Assembly (NCBI GenBank): GCA_002297045.1 | Contig: DBJE01000010.1 | Location: 13,178 to 77,177 of the forward strand | Reading direction: 5' to 3' | Length of the DNA stretch: 64,000 nt | Source: Bacillales bacterium UBA784 | GTDB lineage: Bacteria; Bacillota_I; Bacilli_A; RFN20; CAG-288 | Shown: one piece after another, positions 1 to 9,526 of the stretch | Layout: every line of letters starts with the position of its first letter | Numbering within the stretch: the first letter of the stretch is position 1 | Notes under the pieces: model-generated | Told to the model about the DNA's origin: nothing | Seen by the model: only the letters and a program-made list of their open reading frames with translations | Database searches by the model: none | Translations under genes and position numbers: made by a program

Positions 1-136
1 GATTACTTTGGAGGGAGGCAGGGGACTTCGTCCATGATTTTCAATTTACCTGAATCCTCTTGCAACATAATCTGCTAAAATAGTTCGCAGCAAGGTGTTG
101 CTTTCCTTGCCGCCGATGAAAAGGAGGATTTGCACA

Positions 137-1234
137 ATGAGGCAAAGACTAAGAGCAAGGCGTGAGCCGCTGAAGTATGTTCAGGGAAGAGATGCCCTTT
201 ATAAGTTCTTCGACGAGAGGCATTATAGGGGGAAGCGTTGGCTTTTTGTCTGCTCGAAGAGCGGATACAAAGCAGCCCACGACAAGCTTGAAAAGAGCTT
301 TGAGGGAAAAGAAGACTATCGCCGCTATGAGGTTTTCGGTGGAATCTCCTCGGTTTCCGAAATTAAAAAGAGGGAAGCCATCGTCAAGGAAGACAAAATT
401 GATACCGTCGTCGCCGTCGGCGGCGGAAGTGCTGTCGATACTGCAAAGGCTACGGCCTATTATAGGGGAAAGCACATTGTCATCGTTCCTACGGTTGCCG
501 CCACGGATGCTCCGTGCACCGGACTTTCCGTCATTTATAACGATGATGGATCCTTTAACCAGTATCTCTTTTATCCGACTAACCCGGATGCCGTTATTGT
601 CGACTGCAATATTATCGCTAATGCACCGGTGAAGTTCTTAATCGCCGGTATGGGCGATGCACTTGGCACTTATTTCGAAGGACGTGCTTCCATCCGTACG
701 GAATCCGCATCCCTTGAGGGAACCGGAATCACCCGTGCCGGCAGGGCACTTGCTAAGCTCTGCTATGAGACTCTCCGTGAATATGGTGCACAGGCTGTTG
801 AAGCATGTAAGGAACATGTCGTCACCCCTGCCTTAGAGAATATCTGCGAAGCCAATGTCTATCTTTCCGGCGTCGGTGCCGACAACGTCAACTGCGCTGC
901 CGCCCATTCCTTCTATAATGGTGTCACTTCCTTAGGCATCAAGCATGCCGACCATGGCTGCTGTGTTGCCTTCGGTACTCTTGTCCAGCTTATCCTTGAA
1001 GGAGCGACTAAGGAAGAGTTCAATGATGTCCAGGGCTTCTGCCGTGAAGTCGGGCTTCCGATTACTCTTGCCGAACTTGGTGTCACGACCGATGAGCAGA
1101 TCAAGACGATCAGCAAGAACGCCTGCGTCAAGGGAGAGACCATTCATAATCTTGCCGGAGACGTGCAGCCTGTCGAGCTCTTTGATGCCATCAAACATGC
1201 CGATGCTCTTGGCCGTCTTGTCTTAGGAAAGTAA
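137..1234 (+). CDS. gldA: glycerol dehydrogenase (group III metal-dependent alcohol dehydrogenase family)
   Basis: Lies in the frame of ORF 95..1234. AAGGAGG at 121-127 precedes ATG 137. Motifs GGGSAVDTAKA, TDAPCTGLSVIY, GDALGTYFE, HSFYNG and GETIHN are collinear with GldA. The start choice is inferred. Confidence 0.85.
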   Translation: MRQRLRARREPLKYVQGRDALYKFFDERHYRGKRWLFVCSKSGYKAAHDKLEKSFEGKEDYRRYEVFGGISSVSEIKKREAIVKEDKIDTVVAVGGGSAVDTAKATAYYRGKHIVIVPTVAATDAPCTGLSVIYNDDGSFNQYLFYPTNPDAVIVDCNIIANAPVKFLIAGMGDALGTYFEGRASIRTESASLEGTGITRAGRALAKLCYETLREYGAQAVEACKEHVVTPALENICEANVYLSGVGADNVNCAAAHSFYNGVTSLGIKHADHGCCVAFGTLVQLILEGATKEEFNDVQGFCREVGLPITLAELGVTTDEQIKTISKNACVKGETIHNLAGDVQPVELFDAIKHADALGRLVLGK

Positions 1235-1343
1235 GCAAACCTGTTTCCATTAGCCTCCGGAGAATTCCGGAGGCTATTTTTAATGTATCTATTTTCTTAT
1301 CGAAAAGGTAAAATAAGAACAAAAATCGGAGGGTGTTTTCATC

Positions 1344-1649
1344 ATGTTAAGCAAGGACCAGCGGGAGAGACTTTCCCTTCTCCATTCGATGGGAAACGGT
1401 GAGTTTAAAAGAAAAGAGGAAATTCAGGCCTTGGAAGATAACTTCTGGGATACTTCCATGGCTTACGAGTGGCTGAACAAGAAAAAGGAAGACCCTATGG
1501 CCTCCCTTGAGGACTTCCATAAGGCCTACGATTTAGCCCGTTCCAAGGCTGCCGTTTTGCCTACCGACCGCTATGACTTAGGCAGCAACAATGCTAAGCC
1601 GAACAGACGGGCACGGAGAGCCGAAAAAAAGCAAAAGAAGCAGAAGTAA
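1344..1649 (+). CDS. hypothetical small protein with Lys/Arg-rich C-terminal tail
   Basis: 101-aa ORF preceded by GGAGGG. No recognisable family. A terminator hairpin follows. Confidence 0.5.
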   Translation: MLSKDQRERLSLLHSMGNGEFKRKEEIQALEDNFWDTSMAYEWLNKKKEDPMASLEDFHKAYDLARSKAAVLPTDRYDLGSNNAKPNRRARRAEKKQKKQK

Positions 1650-1653
1650 AAGG

Positions 1654-1682
1654 AAAAGGGCTCCCCTGGCGGGAGTCCTTTT
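1654..1682. terminator. bidirectional rho-independent terminator between convergent genes
   Basis: Stem GGGCTCCC/GGGAGTCC (1658-1665 / 1671-1678) with a 5-nt loop. An A-run lies upstream and a T-run downstream. Confidence 0.6.
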
Positions 1683-1703
1683 CCGGCAGATTGATCTTAT
1701 CTT

Positions 1704-4124
1704 TTAGATTCCGTACTGGGAGATTGTGAACTTATAGTAGTCGATATTGACTCCGACTGTAGGAAAGTGGAAGGCGAAGAGATGGTCGCCCTTTTCTAGG
1801 TGCTGAGTTCCAATCTTTACTTCCTTCCAGTTGAACCAGTCGTTGCTTCCATCTTCCGCACGGCCGAGAGTAAGACTTAGATCGGCAAAGGAAAGCTCCG
1901 CGCCGTCCCTGTAGATTTTATAGTATTCAGAGACATTATAGGGTTCGTATTTGGAAAGAACCAAGGTGATATCGACGTTTGCTTTATCCTGCCTGTAGAA
2001 GGGGAATTCGATGAATCCGTTCTGGATGTGGCCAAGGGACTTCCCTCCGCTGCTGCGGGAATCGGATTCGACTCTTCCGGCGGCTCCGGCGGCATCAAAG
2101 TTCAGATTGAGGTAGGGAAGATCTTCCCCTTCATACATATATTCCCCGTCGCCATCGATGTTCCTCAGATCGTTATATCCGCTGACAGCGAAGGTAAAGC
2201 AGTCGGTATTCGGGAAGCAGTTCTCCTTTAAGGCCTTGATGGAAAGAATATGGTCCCCCGCTTCGAACTCTTTTTTGATGATGGATACGTTTTTCCAGTT
2301 CCAATACTGATTATTATCGGTATGGCCGAAGGAAGAGTAACCGGTCTTGATTTCCTCCCCATCCAATCGGATTTCCAGATTGTCATCTAAGGAGAAGGTA
2401 CCTTCATACTTTGCCCTGACAGCAGAAATATCGATGGTGCACTTACTCAGGTTGCTAAACAAAAGATTGAAAATTGTCCCTTTTGCAACATTGCCGATGG
2501 ATTTTCCACCGCTGGTGATACCCGCTGCATCACCAGTCGGCGACTCGACCTTATAGGACCCGCTGGCCACCTTGATTTCCTCTGCTTCCCTGACAAAGGT
2601 TCCGTTTGCCGTTATCTGAAGCCCCTTTTCGTCTGTCTTCCCATAATAGGAAGTCTCAAGGAGAAAGGCATCCAGATTGATCCCGGATCCGATGGCGGTA
2701 TAGGTAAAGGTATGGAAGCCTTTGGAGAGTTTCCTTTCGGTCAGAGGAACGTTTTTCCAGTTCCAATACTGGTTTCCCTCTGTTCCGCCGAAACTGTTGT
2801 AACCGTTGCTGTTAACGACCTGTCCGTCCATCCTGAACTGGATATTCGAGTCGACATCATAGGCACTTGGATCTGCCCTGCGTGCATAAGGCTTTACATA
2901 GGCATCATCCTTTAGGCAGAAGGAAAAACTGAAGACCGAACCGGCACCGATTCCTCCGATGGATTTTCCGTTGTAGGCGTCTGTCGCATCTTCAATCAGG
3001 CTTTCCTTTGTTTTTCCTGCTGCGGCAAGATCTTCGCGGACAACCCATTGGTCAAGATTTAGGTTTTCCACATCGACAATTGTCGTCCCATCCTGGATAA
3101 TCTGTACATATTTATCCGTATCATTGAAATCGGTAACTTCAAATAATAGGCAATCGAAATTAGGAATAGAGTTGATAACATCGATAGTAAAGGTATAGTC
3201 TCCCTGAGTAAGTAGCCTATCGCCAAGAACAATGCTCTGCCAAGGCCAGTAATCAGTCTGGGAACTGTGGCCCCCAAAGACCGCGCCGGTCTTAAGAACA
3301 TCCTGGTTCACGGAAAACTTAACATTGTTATCCAAATTGAAACCCTCTTCGTAGTTTGCCCTGATGCCGGTGATTTTCACCCGTGCACTGCCCTCCGCCT
3401 TGAAGGGGAAGGAGAGGGTTGTACCGGCAATAAGGCCGCGGATGCACTTTCCGCCGCTTGTCTTATCCTTTGCCTCGCCGGTAGGTTCCTCGATGATACC
3501 AAGGGAAGTTAAATCAGGACGGAGAGTCGCATGGGAAAAATCCAAGTCCTCCGCCTCGACTGTGTATGTCTTGTTTTCGCTGATCCGGAAGTTATAGCTA
3601 TCTACGACCGTAATCTCTTTTTCGGCCTTTTTCTCCGGATCAGCGTGGGAAGAGGCAACAATCTTTCCTTTTCCGACCTTCAGACCGGTAACTACGCCAT
3701 TTTCGACTTTCAAGACATCCTCATTCTCGCTTGTCCAGATAACAGCGGTATCCTCACTATTTTCCACTAAGGCAGTCAGTGTGATGCTCTTTCCGAGGAC
3801 AACCTGATCATCGCCGGAAAGAGTGACGATGATTTCCTTAACCTCGGGGGAGGTGGATTCACTTTCAGAGGGTGTGGGGGAAACCGAAGGCTCTTTTGAA
3901 GGGGTCTCACTCGGAGTGACAGTCGGCTTATCCTCCGTAGGTTTATTTTCGGTAGGCTTTGTATCAGACGGCTTTTCGGTTGTTCTCTCGCTTGGCTTGC
4001 TCTCACTCACGGATGGCATGCCGGTATCCGACGGGGTAATGGAAGAATCTTCCTTTCCGCACCCGGAGAGGGAAAGGAGCCTCATCAGAGAAAGAATTGA
4101 CAGCTTTCGGAATTTGTTTTTCAT
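1704..4124 (-). CDS. surface lipoprotein: P/T/S/E linker, one Big_2 Ig-like domain, four tandem CBM-like beta-sandwich modules
   Basis: Signal peptide ends in the lipobox LSLSGC. Big_2-like segment is VTLSGDDQVVLGKSITLTA...VTGLKVGKGKIVA. There are four ~150-aa repeats, each with xxEAEDxxx...TSGGKxI...LDxN...(Q/D)YW(N/P)WK. CBM family is not assigned. Confidence 0.8.
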   Translation of the reverse strand: MKNKFRKLSILSLMRLLSLSGCGKEDSSITPSDTGMPSVSESKPSERTTEKPSDTKPTENKPTEDKPTVTPSETPSKEPSVSPTPSESESTSPEVKEIIVTLSGDDQVVLGKSITLTALVENSEDTAVIWTSENEDVLKVENGVVTGLKVGKGKIVASSHADPEKKAEKEITVVDSYNFRISENKTYTVEAEDLDFSHATLRPDLTSLGIIEEPTGEAKDKTSGGKCIRGLIAGTTLSFPFKAEGSARVKITGIRANYEEGFNLDNNVKFSVNQDVLKTGAVFGGHSSQTDYWPWQSIVLGDRLLTQGDYTFTIDVINSIPNFDCLLFEVTDFNDTDKYVQIIQDGTTIVDVENLNLDQWVVREDLAAAGKTKESLIEDATDAYNGKSIGGIGAGSVFSFSFCLKDDAYVKPYARRADPSAYDVDSNIQFRMDGQVVNSNGYNSFGGTEGNQYWNWKNVPLTERKLSKGFHTFTYTAIGSGINLDAFLLETSYYGKTDEKGLQITANGTFVREAEEIKVASGSYKVESPTGDAAGITSGGKSIGNVAKGTIFNLLFSNLSKCTIDISAVRAKYEGTFSLDDNLEIRLDGEEIKTGYSSFGHTDNNQYWNWKNVSIIKKEFEAGDHILSIKALKENCFPNTDCFTFAVSGYNDLRNIDGDGEYMYEGEDLPYLNLNFDAAGAAGRVESDSRSSGGKSLGHIQNGFIEFPFYRQDKANVDITLVLSKYEPYNVSEYYKIYRDGAELSFADLSLTLGRAEDGSNDWFNWKEVKIGTQHLEKGDHLFAFHFPTVGVNIDYYKFTISQYGI

Positions 4125-4170
4125 TGTATCCTCCTGTTTCCAAACAGTTGTATAGCTATATTGAATGAGG

Positions 4171-4185
4171 ATGAAATCGCTTTCA
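4171..4185. promoter_or_regulatory. cre-like (CcpA-type) operator candidate in the divergent promoter region of the two CBM-lipoprotein genes
   Basis: ATGAAATCGCTTTCA matches WTGNAANCGNWNNCW at all constrained positions. Confidence 0.4.
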
Positions 4186-4418
4186 ATCTAAATTCCGTAA
4201 ACTTTTGTTTTGAAAGCAAAATCTAACTGCAGATGGTATCTGATGAACAGAATTAGACAAAACTGTTGATTCTGTCCGACAACAATGCTTAAACTAGGGA
4301 GGCTTTAAGATTTCGAAGCCAAAAAGCAAGATTATCGGAAAATGATTGTAAGCACTTTTATCCCTTGCAATAATGACAACGCTTTCATTCCAAAGGGAGT
4401 GAAAGAAAGGAGAAAAAT

Positions 4419-5117
4419 ATGAAAAATAAAAAAGCGAAGATCCTGTCTCTTCTTGCCTTCTTATCCGTGTTTGGAATGAGCGCATGCGGACAAACGGAAA
4501 CGTCAGGTTCCGGAAACGAAACAGCGAAGACATCGGAAAAAGAAGGCGGATTCAGCTTCCAACCGATCCGTCCGGCAAGCGAAGAACCTAGCGCGTCTCC
4601 TTCCGCCTCTGAGGAAGTCAGTCTGAATGTCGAGGTTCTTGCGACGGTTGACAAAGACGGAGAATATACGGTCGAAGCAGAAGACTGCGACACTAGCGGC
4701 TGCACTCTCCAGGAAGGATGCGGAGGATTCTATGAATCTCCATCCACCCCGACTAGCGGAGGGGAGTGCATTGCCTGCATTGCTGCCCCGAGCATCCTTG
4801 CCTTCAAGTTTGAGGCGAAACAGGACTGCGACATCGAATTCCATACCTTCTCGGCCAAATACGAAAATCCCTGGAGTCTGGATGATAATGTCTCTTACTA
4901 TCTTGACGAAGAGTGCGATACGCCTTTTGTCACGAATTATCAGGAGTTTGGCAGAGCCGACGGTAACGACTGGTACAACTGGAAGGATGTGACCATCGGT
5001 ACCAAACGGGTGACGAAAGGCGTCCATCAGTTCAATATTTCGGTAAAAGGTGCTTTCCCGAACACGGACTGCTTCAAGCTGATTGTTTCCAATTTCGGAA
5101 CAGAAGCCGCCGCCTAG
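4419..5117 (+). CDS. lipoprotein with a single CBM-like module (paralogous to the repeats of 1704..4124)
   Basis: Lipobox FGMSAC. Module EYTVEAEDCD...TSGGECI...LDDN...DWYNWKDVTIG...NTDCF has the same pattern as the modules of the neighbouring gene. RBS is GAAAGGAG. Confidence 0.8.
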   Translation: MKNKKAKILSLLAFLSVFGMSACGQTETSGSGNETAKTSEKEGGFSFQPIRPASEEPSASPSASEEVSLNVEVLATVDKDGEYTVEAEDCDTSGCTLQEGCGGFYESPSTPTSGGECIACIAAPSILAFKFEAKQDCDIEFHTFSAKYENPWSLDDNVSYYLDEECDTPFVTNYQEFGRADGNDWYNWKDVTIGTKRVTKGVHQFNISVKGAFPNTDCFKLIVSNFGTEAAA

Positions 5118-5190
5118 TTTCTTCCGGCATAGAATCCTGGACCAATCTTATGCACTATGACCTTTTTCGGAAAGAAAGGACAACTTTTGA

Positions 5191-8118
5191 ATGAAACGAA
5201 CTACCGCGATTATCAATATTTCTACTATCCTTATGCTGGCCGGCATCCTTGGGACTGCTAACGGCGTGGCAAGGAAGTATGCCGGAACGATTGACCTCTA
5301 TCTTTCCTCTTCTCAGACAGATTATGATTCAGAGGAAGCAAAGGAAGCCTTGACGAAAGGCAAAGCCTTGGCTCAGGAAATCGTCGAAGACGGAGCTGTT
5401 CTTCTCAAGAATACCAACAATGTTCTTCCCCTTACGAATCCTAAGGTGAATATCTTTGGCTGGGGCGGAAGTGATAACGGCTTCATGTACCAGGGAGGCG
5501 GAAGCTCAGAAGGCGGATACTCTGCCGATAAGATTACCTTCTATAATGCTTTCAAGCAGAATGGATTTACCATCAATCCGGAGCTGGAAAAGGCTTATAA
5601 TAGCCTTCCATATCATCGTGAAGGTGCTCCTGACCAGGATCAATTCTCAACCTATTACCGTCTTTATGAACCGGATGCAAGCTTCTATACAAAAGAAAGA
5701 ATGGAGCAGGCAAGAGAATTCTCTGATACTGCGATTATGGTTTTCTCCCGCCGTGCCACGGAAGGAGACGATCTTCCGAAAGTCCAGTATGGCGAGAACG
5801 GAGACCAGGTTTCCGATAGAAACTATCTTTCTCTTTCCGATAAGGAAGCTATCAGGGTCAAATATGTAACCGACTATTTTGATAAAGTTATCTGCATTTT
5901 CAACACCTCCGCTCCTAGGGAAATGGGATTCCTCGACTATGATGGAATCGACTCCGCCCTCTATGTCGGATATCCGGGCTATTATGGGACGAGCTCTATT
6001 GTCAAGGTCCTTGCCGGTGTCACGACTCCTAGTGGACATAGGGTTGACACGAGTGCCTATAGTCTCGACTCTGCTCCGAGCTATGTCAATACCGGAAACG
6101 AGGAGACGCATAACTATTCCGGCCGTGCAGGACGGTATACCGACTATGCCGAAGACATTTATATCGGTTATAAGTGGTACGAGACTGCCGACGAAGAAGG
6201 GCTTTATGACAATCTGGTCATGGATTCCTATGGCCATAAGAAACACGGCTATGATGCTATCGTCCAGTATCCGTTCGGTTTCGGCCTTAGCTATACGACT
6301 TTCTCTTGGACGCTAGACTCCATAACTAAGGATGGAAAGATCCTAAATGGAAACGAGACCCTATCCAAGGACGATACTCTAACCTTCAAGGTCTGGGTGG
6401 AGAATACCGGGAACTTTTCCGGACGCGATGTTGTTCAGCTTTATTTCAATCCGCCTTATACGAAAGGGGGAATTGAGAAAGCGTCACAGAACTTGATTGA
6501 CTTCCAGAAGACTAGCGTGCTTGAACCGTGAAAAGGCGAAGAACTGACCCTTACTGCCCGTGTTGCCGATTTGGCAAGCTACGACACCTACGACAAAAAC
6601 AACAACGGCTTTATGGGCTATGAAGTCGAAGAGGGAAAATATACTTTCTCTTTGCGTACCGATTCCCACACGGTCAAGGATGAAAAAGAGGCAAGCTTTT
6701 CGAAAACATTCAACGTTCCCTCCGGAGGTTTCCTTTACGATAAGGACCCCGATACCGGAAGCGAAGTGAAGAATCGTTTCACTACCTATACCAATGAGGT
6801 AAGTAAAGCTTCTTCCGCCATTGACGAACCGCAGGCCACTTATGCAATCAGCATTGAAGGAAACGACTCTAATCCGGACTATAACCAGGGAATCACTTAT
6901 CTTACCCGTGCTGATTTCGAGGGAACCTTCCCCAAGCATACGGAAACCCGTACTAGGAGCAAGGCTAGGTATGATAACTCCTTCAAGGTACATGCACCTT
7001 TCGTCAACGAAAATGATGTAAGGCCCGTCACCGGATCCAAATCGACTAATCTTACCCTTAACGATGTCAAGGGACTTCCCTATGACGATCCCAAATGGGA
7101 TCAGCTGATTCAGCAGCTGACTGTCGAAGAGCTCGGAAACCTTTCAGGGCATGGCGGATTCGGAACAATCGCCATTGATTCCATCGGCAAGCCGAAGACA
7201 ACCGATAGCGACGGCGGTACCGGTTTTACCTCCTCCATTGCCTCCGGAGATGGCGGCCATGCCACGAAGTACCCAGCGGCCAACACTCTAGCCCAGTCCT
7301 GGGACTGGAAAAAGGCCTATAAGTGGGGCAATGCCATCGGAGAAGAAGGTAAGGCACTGAATATTCAGGGCTGGTATGCCCCTGGCTGCAACGTCCATCG
7401 TTCTCCCTTAGGCGGACGTAACTTCGAGTATTTCTCCGAGGACGGAAGAAGGTGCGGAGTCTTTGTCGGATACACGGTCAAAGGATGCACCGAAAACGGT
7501 GTCTATGCCTACAGGAAGCACTTTGCCGGAAACGATTCCGATGCGGGACGTAATGGTCAGTATAAGTGGATGACTGAACAGTCGTTACGCGAAATCTGGG
7601 CCAAACCTGCTGAACTTGCGGTCAAAATCGGCAAAGCCAATGCCGCCATGGTTTCTGTCGACCGTATCGGTTCGGTCCGTGCTACCGGTTCCTATGCTTT
7701 GCTTACTTCCCTTCTCCGCGACGAATGGGGATTCCGGGGTTCGACGATTACCGACTATTACCAGGCTGGAAACGTCAACGACAGGGACGAAGGCATCCGT
7801 GCCGGAAACGATTTAGCCCTCCATCCATCCGGCTCCTATAAGCTTTTTGACGATATCTCTTCCGCTACATCGGTCATTGCCTTGCAGAAAGCAGCCCACA
7901 ATATTCTCTTTACCTACATTGATACCATCCACCGGACGGAGACGGCTACCGGTATTGATAGGAGCATTAATACCGGTAAACGTCAGAACACCAATGACGG
8001 TACCTGGTGGCGTCCTACCCTCTATTCCATCGATGCTGTTGTCGGAGTCGGACTTCTTGTCTGGGCGGGTATCTCCATATTCCTGACCTGGTTTAAGAAA
8101 CCGAAGGAACAGAACTAG
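5191..8118 (+). pseudogene. membrane-tethered GH3 glycosidase with reversed domain order, interrupted by one in-frame TGA (6529..6531)
   Basis: ORFs 5191..6531 and 6571..8118 share one frame and are separated only by the TGA. The N-terminal part carries VLLKNTNNVLPL and YPFGFGLSYTTF (GH3 alpha/beta sandwich plus Fn3-like). The C-terminal part carries HRSPLGGRNFEYFSEDG, KHFAGNDSD and GSTITDY (GH3 barrel). Hydrophobic helices sit at both termini. It is a full-length paralog of 50966..53998. Confidence 0.7.
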
Positions 8119-8128
8119 GAGACTCACG

Positions 8129-8644
8129 ATGAACGAACAGAAAAAAATCGGAATATTCGAATCTGCCGCTTTCCTCTCCGGTATCCTTTCCATTGCCATG
8201 CTTTTCCTTCCTGCCTTCTGGGAAAAAGGAAAGGATTCTATCCCTCTAAGGGAAAGGATCTTCGGTAATGACCGCCTCCCTTTCAACGGAATTCTTTTCT
8301 TTGCTTTCCTTCTCCTTTTTCTTGCCGTCTTATGCTCTCTAACTCTTTCTCTCTTCTCCTTCTTAAACCGTTTCTTCAATGAAAAGACAGTGACGGTCCT
8401 TGGTATCTCTTCTGGTGTATTCTTCCTTGCCTCCGCTATTCTTCTTGCCTTAGGCATCATTCTGACAGGACTGAATAAGGAAAACTCCGAACTTGGTCTT
8501 GTCCAAGGAAACTGGGGAATCGGAATCGGAAACATTCTTACTCCTTTGTTTGGGTTTGCCGCTTTCTGCCTCTCTTATCCTGCCGCTTTGATTATTCCTC
8601 ATCACCTCGATATCAAAGATAAGGAAAAGAAGGCCCAGGCCTAG
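8129..8644 (+). CDS. hypothetical polytopic membrane protein
   Basis: 171-aa ORF with about 4 hydrophobic segments. It starts 10 nt after the GH3 stop. No family recognised. Confidence 0.6.
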   Translation: MNEQKKIGIFESAAFLSGILSIAMLFLPAFWEKGKDSIPLRERIFGNDRLPFNGILFFAFLLLFLAVLCSLTLSLFSFLNRFFNEKTVTVLGISSGVFFLASAILLALGIILTGLNKENSELGLVQGNWGIGIGNILTPLFGFAAFCLSYPAALIIPHHLDIKDKEKKAQA

Positions 8645-8657
8645 CTTATTTCTTCTT

Positions 8658-8686
8658 CCTATGGGACAGAAAGCCTGTCCCATAGG
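8658..8686 (+). terminator. rho-independent terminator candidate
   Basis: 12-bp stem CCTATGGGACAG/CTGTCCCATAGG with a 5-nt loop. A T-run lies a few nt downstream. Confidence 0.6.
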
Positions 8687-8771
8687 AGAAGTTTTTCCGT
8701 TTTCCGACCTTAGTGGGTTTTAAGAGATTGATGACATTGGAGATAGAAAGGGAGCGACTATACACGTAGGG

Positions 8772-8799
8772 TGATTTTCCTCCTCTTTTCTGTTAAAAT
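8772..8799 (+). promoter_or_regulatory. candidate sigma-70 type promoter for the first LytTR/kinase pair
   Basis: TGATTT, then a 16-nt spacer whose last 3 nt are TGT (extended -10 TGn), then TAAAAT (8794-8799). It lies about 20 nt upstream of ATG 8819. Confidence 0.35.
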
Positions 8800-8818
8800 C
8801 GAGAAAGGAATGACTTCC

Positions 8819-9526
8819 ATGATTTATATAGGAATTGTCGAGGATGAGGCTTCCGATCGGGAAGTGCTTGAAAAATACTTTACCGACTTCCGGAAAGAAA
8901 TCGGAGAGGGAAGGAACCTCTCCTTCTTTTCGAGCGGAGAATCTTTCCTGAATTCCTTTTCCTATGGAAAATACGATCTGATTCTTATGGATATCGAGCT
9001 AGGAAACAGGAGCGGAAGGAAAACAAGCGAATATATCCGGAAAATCGATTCCGATGTCATCCTGGTCTTTAGGACGAATCTTGCCCAGTATGCCATTGAC
9101 GGATACAAGGTTAAGGCAAGCGACTATATTGTCAAACCGATTTCCTATTGGGACTTTAAGACCCGCAGGAAAAACATCGTTGATTCTATCCTCTCCAAGA
9201 ATAAGGAAAAGGTTCTGATTTCCGAAAACGATAAAAAGGTTGTTCTCTTCCTTAAGGATATCTATTACATCGAAGTGAAGAACCATCTGCTTGTTTATCA
9301 TACTAATAAAGGGGAGTTCCGGACCTATGGCTCGCTTAAGTCGGTCGTCAGCGAGAGGCCGAAAAACGGATTCGCTTTATGCAATTCATGTTTCTTGGTT
9401 AACTTAAGCTATGTCGAGAGCGTCGAAGGATATTCCTGCATTGTCCATGGCACAGACCTTCTGATTTCCCATCCTAAACGGAAGGGGTTCCTTGATGCAC
9501 TGAGCCGGTTTCTGGGGGCTTCATGA
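8819..9526 (+). CDS. LytTR-family response regulator (AgrA/LytT type), copy 1
   Basis: Receiver domain IGIVEDE...LILMDIELG followed by a C-terminal LytTR-like domain (IYYIEV...LVNLSYV). ATG 8819 was chosen over upstream in-frame starts because GAAAGGA lies at 8803-8809. The stop TGA overlaps the kinase start (ATGA). Confidence 0.85.
   Translation: MIYIGIVEDEASDREVLEKYFTDFRKEIGEGRNLSFFSSGESFLNSFSYGKYDLILMDIELGNRSGRKTSEYIRKIDSDVILVFRTNLAQYAIDGYKVKASDYIVKPISYWDFKTRRKNIVDSILSKNKEKVLISENDKKVVLFLKDIYYIEVKNHLLVYHTNKGEFRTYGSLKSVVSERPKNGFALCNSCFLVNLSYVESVEGYSCIVHGTDLLISHPKRKGFLDALSRFLGAS

Noticed and set aside
60-81. TTGCAA ... TAAAAT as the gldA promoter.
   Set aside because: The spacer is only 10 nt, which does not fit a sigma-70 type promoter.
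149-475. Numerous antisense or alternative-frame ORFs in the track nested within larger genes, for example 149..475, 6484..6993, 26595..27323, 27921..28652, 47173..47772, 50406..51002, 52445..53338 and 56751..57350.
   Set aside because: Each is nested within a gene that has strong family motifs. They lack start signals and have low-complexity or Arg/Ser/Pro-rich composition typical of shadow ORFs.
6529-6531. The TGA aligned to a conserved Gly might indicate TGA-to-Gly (code 25) or TGA-to-Trp (code 4) recoding.
   Set aside because: TGA terminates at least seven well-delimited genes here: 9526, 11100 (minus strand), 47844, 48869, 50969, 59153 and 60064. Three of these are in ATGA/GTGA start-stop overlaps. 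No other gene shows an internal TGA. A single GGA-to-TGA nonsense change is more parsimonious.
6529-6580. Selenocysteine insertion at the in-frame TGA.
   Set aside because: The position is a structural Gly in an Fn3-like domain, not a redox site. I saw no convincing SECIS-like hairpin immediately downstream.
8129-8644. The membrane protein upstream of the first LytTR/kinase pair as an AgrB-like peptide processing enzyme, which would imply an agr-type quorum system.
   Set aside because: It shows no similarity to AgrB motifs by eye. No small AgrD-like ORF lies between it and the regulator, and a strong hairpin separates them.
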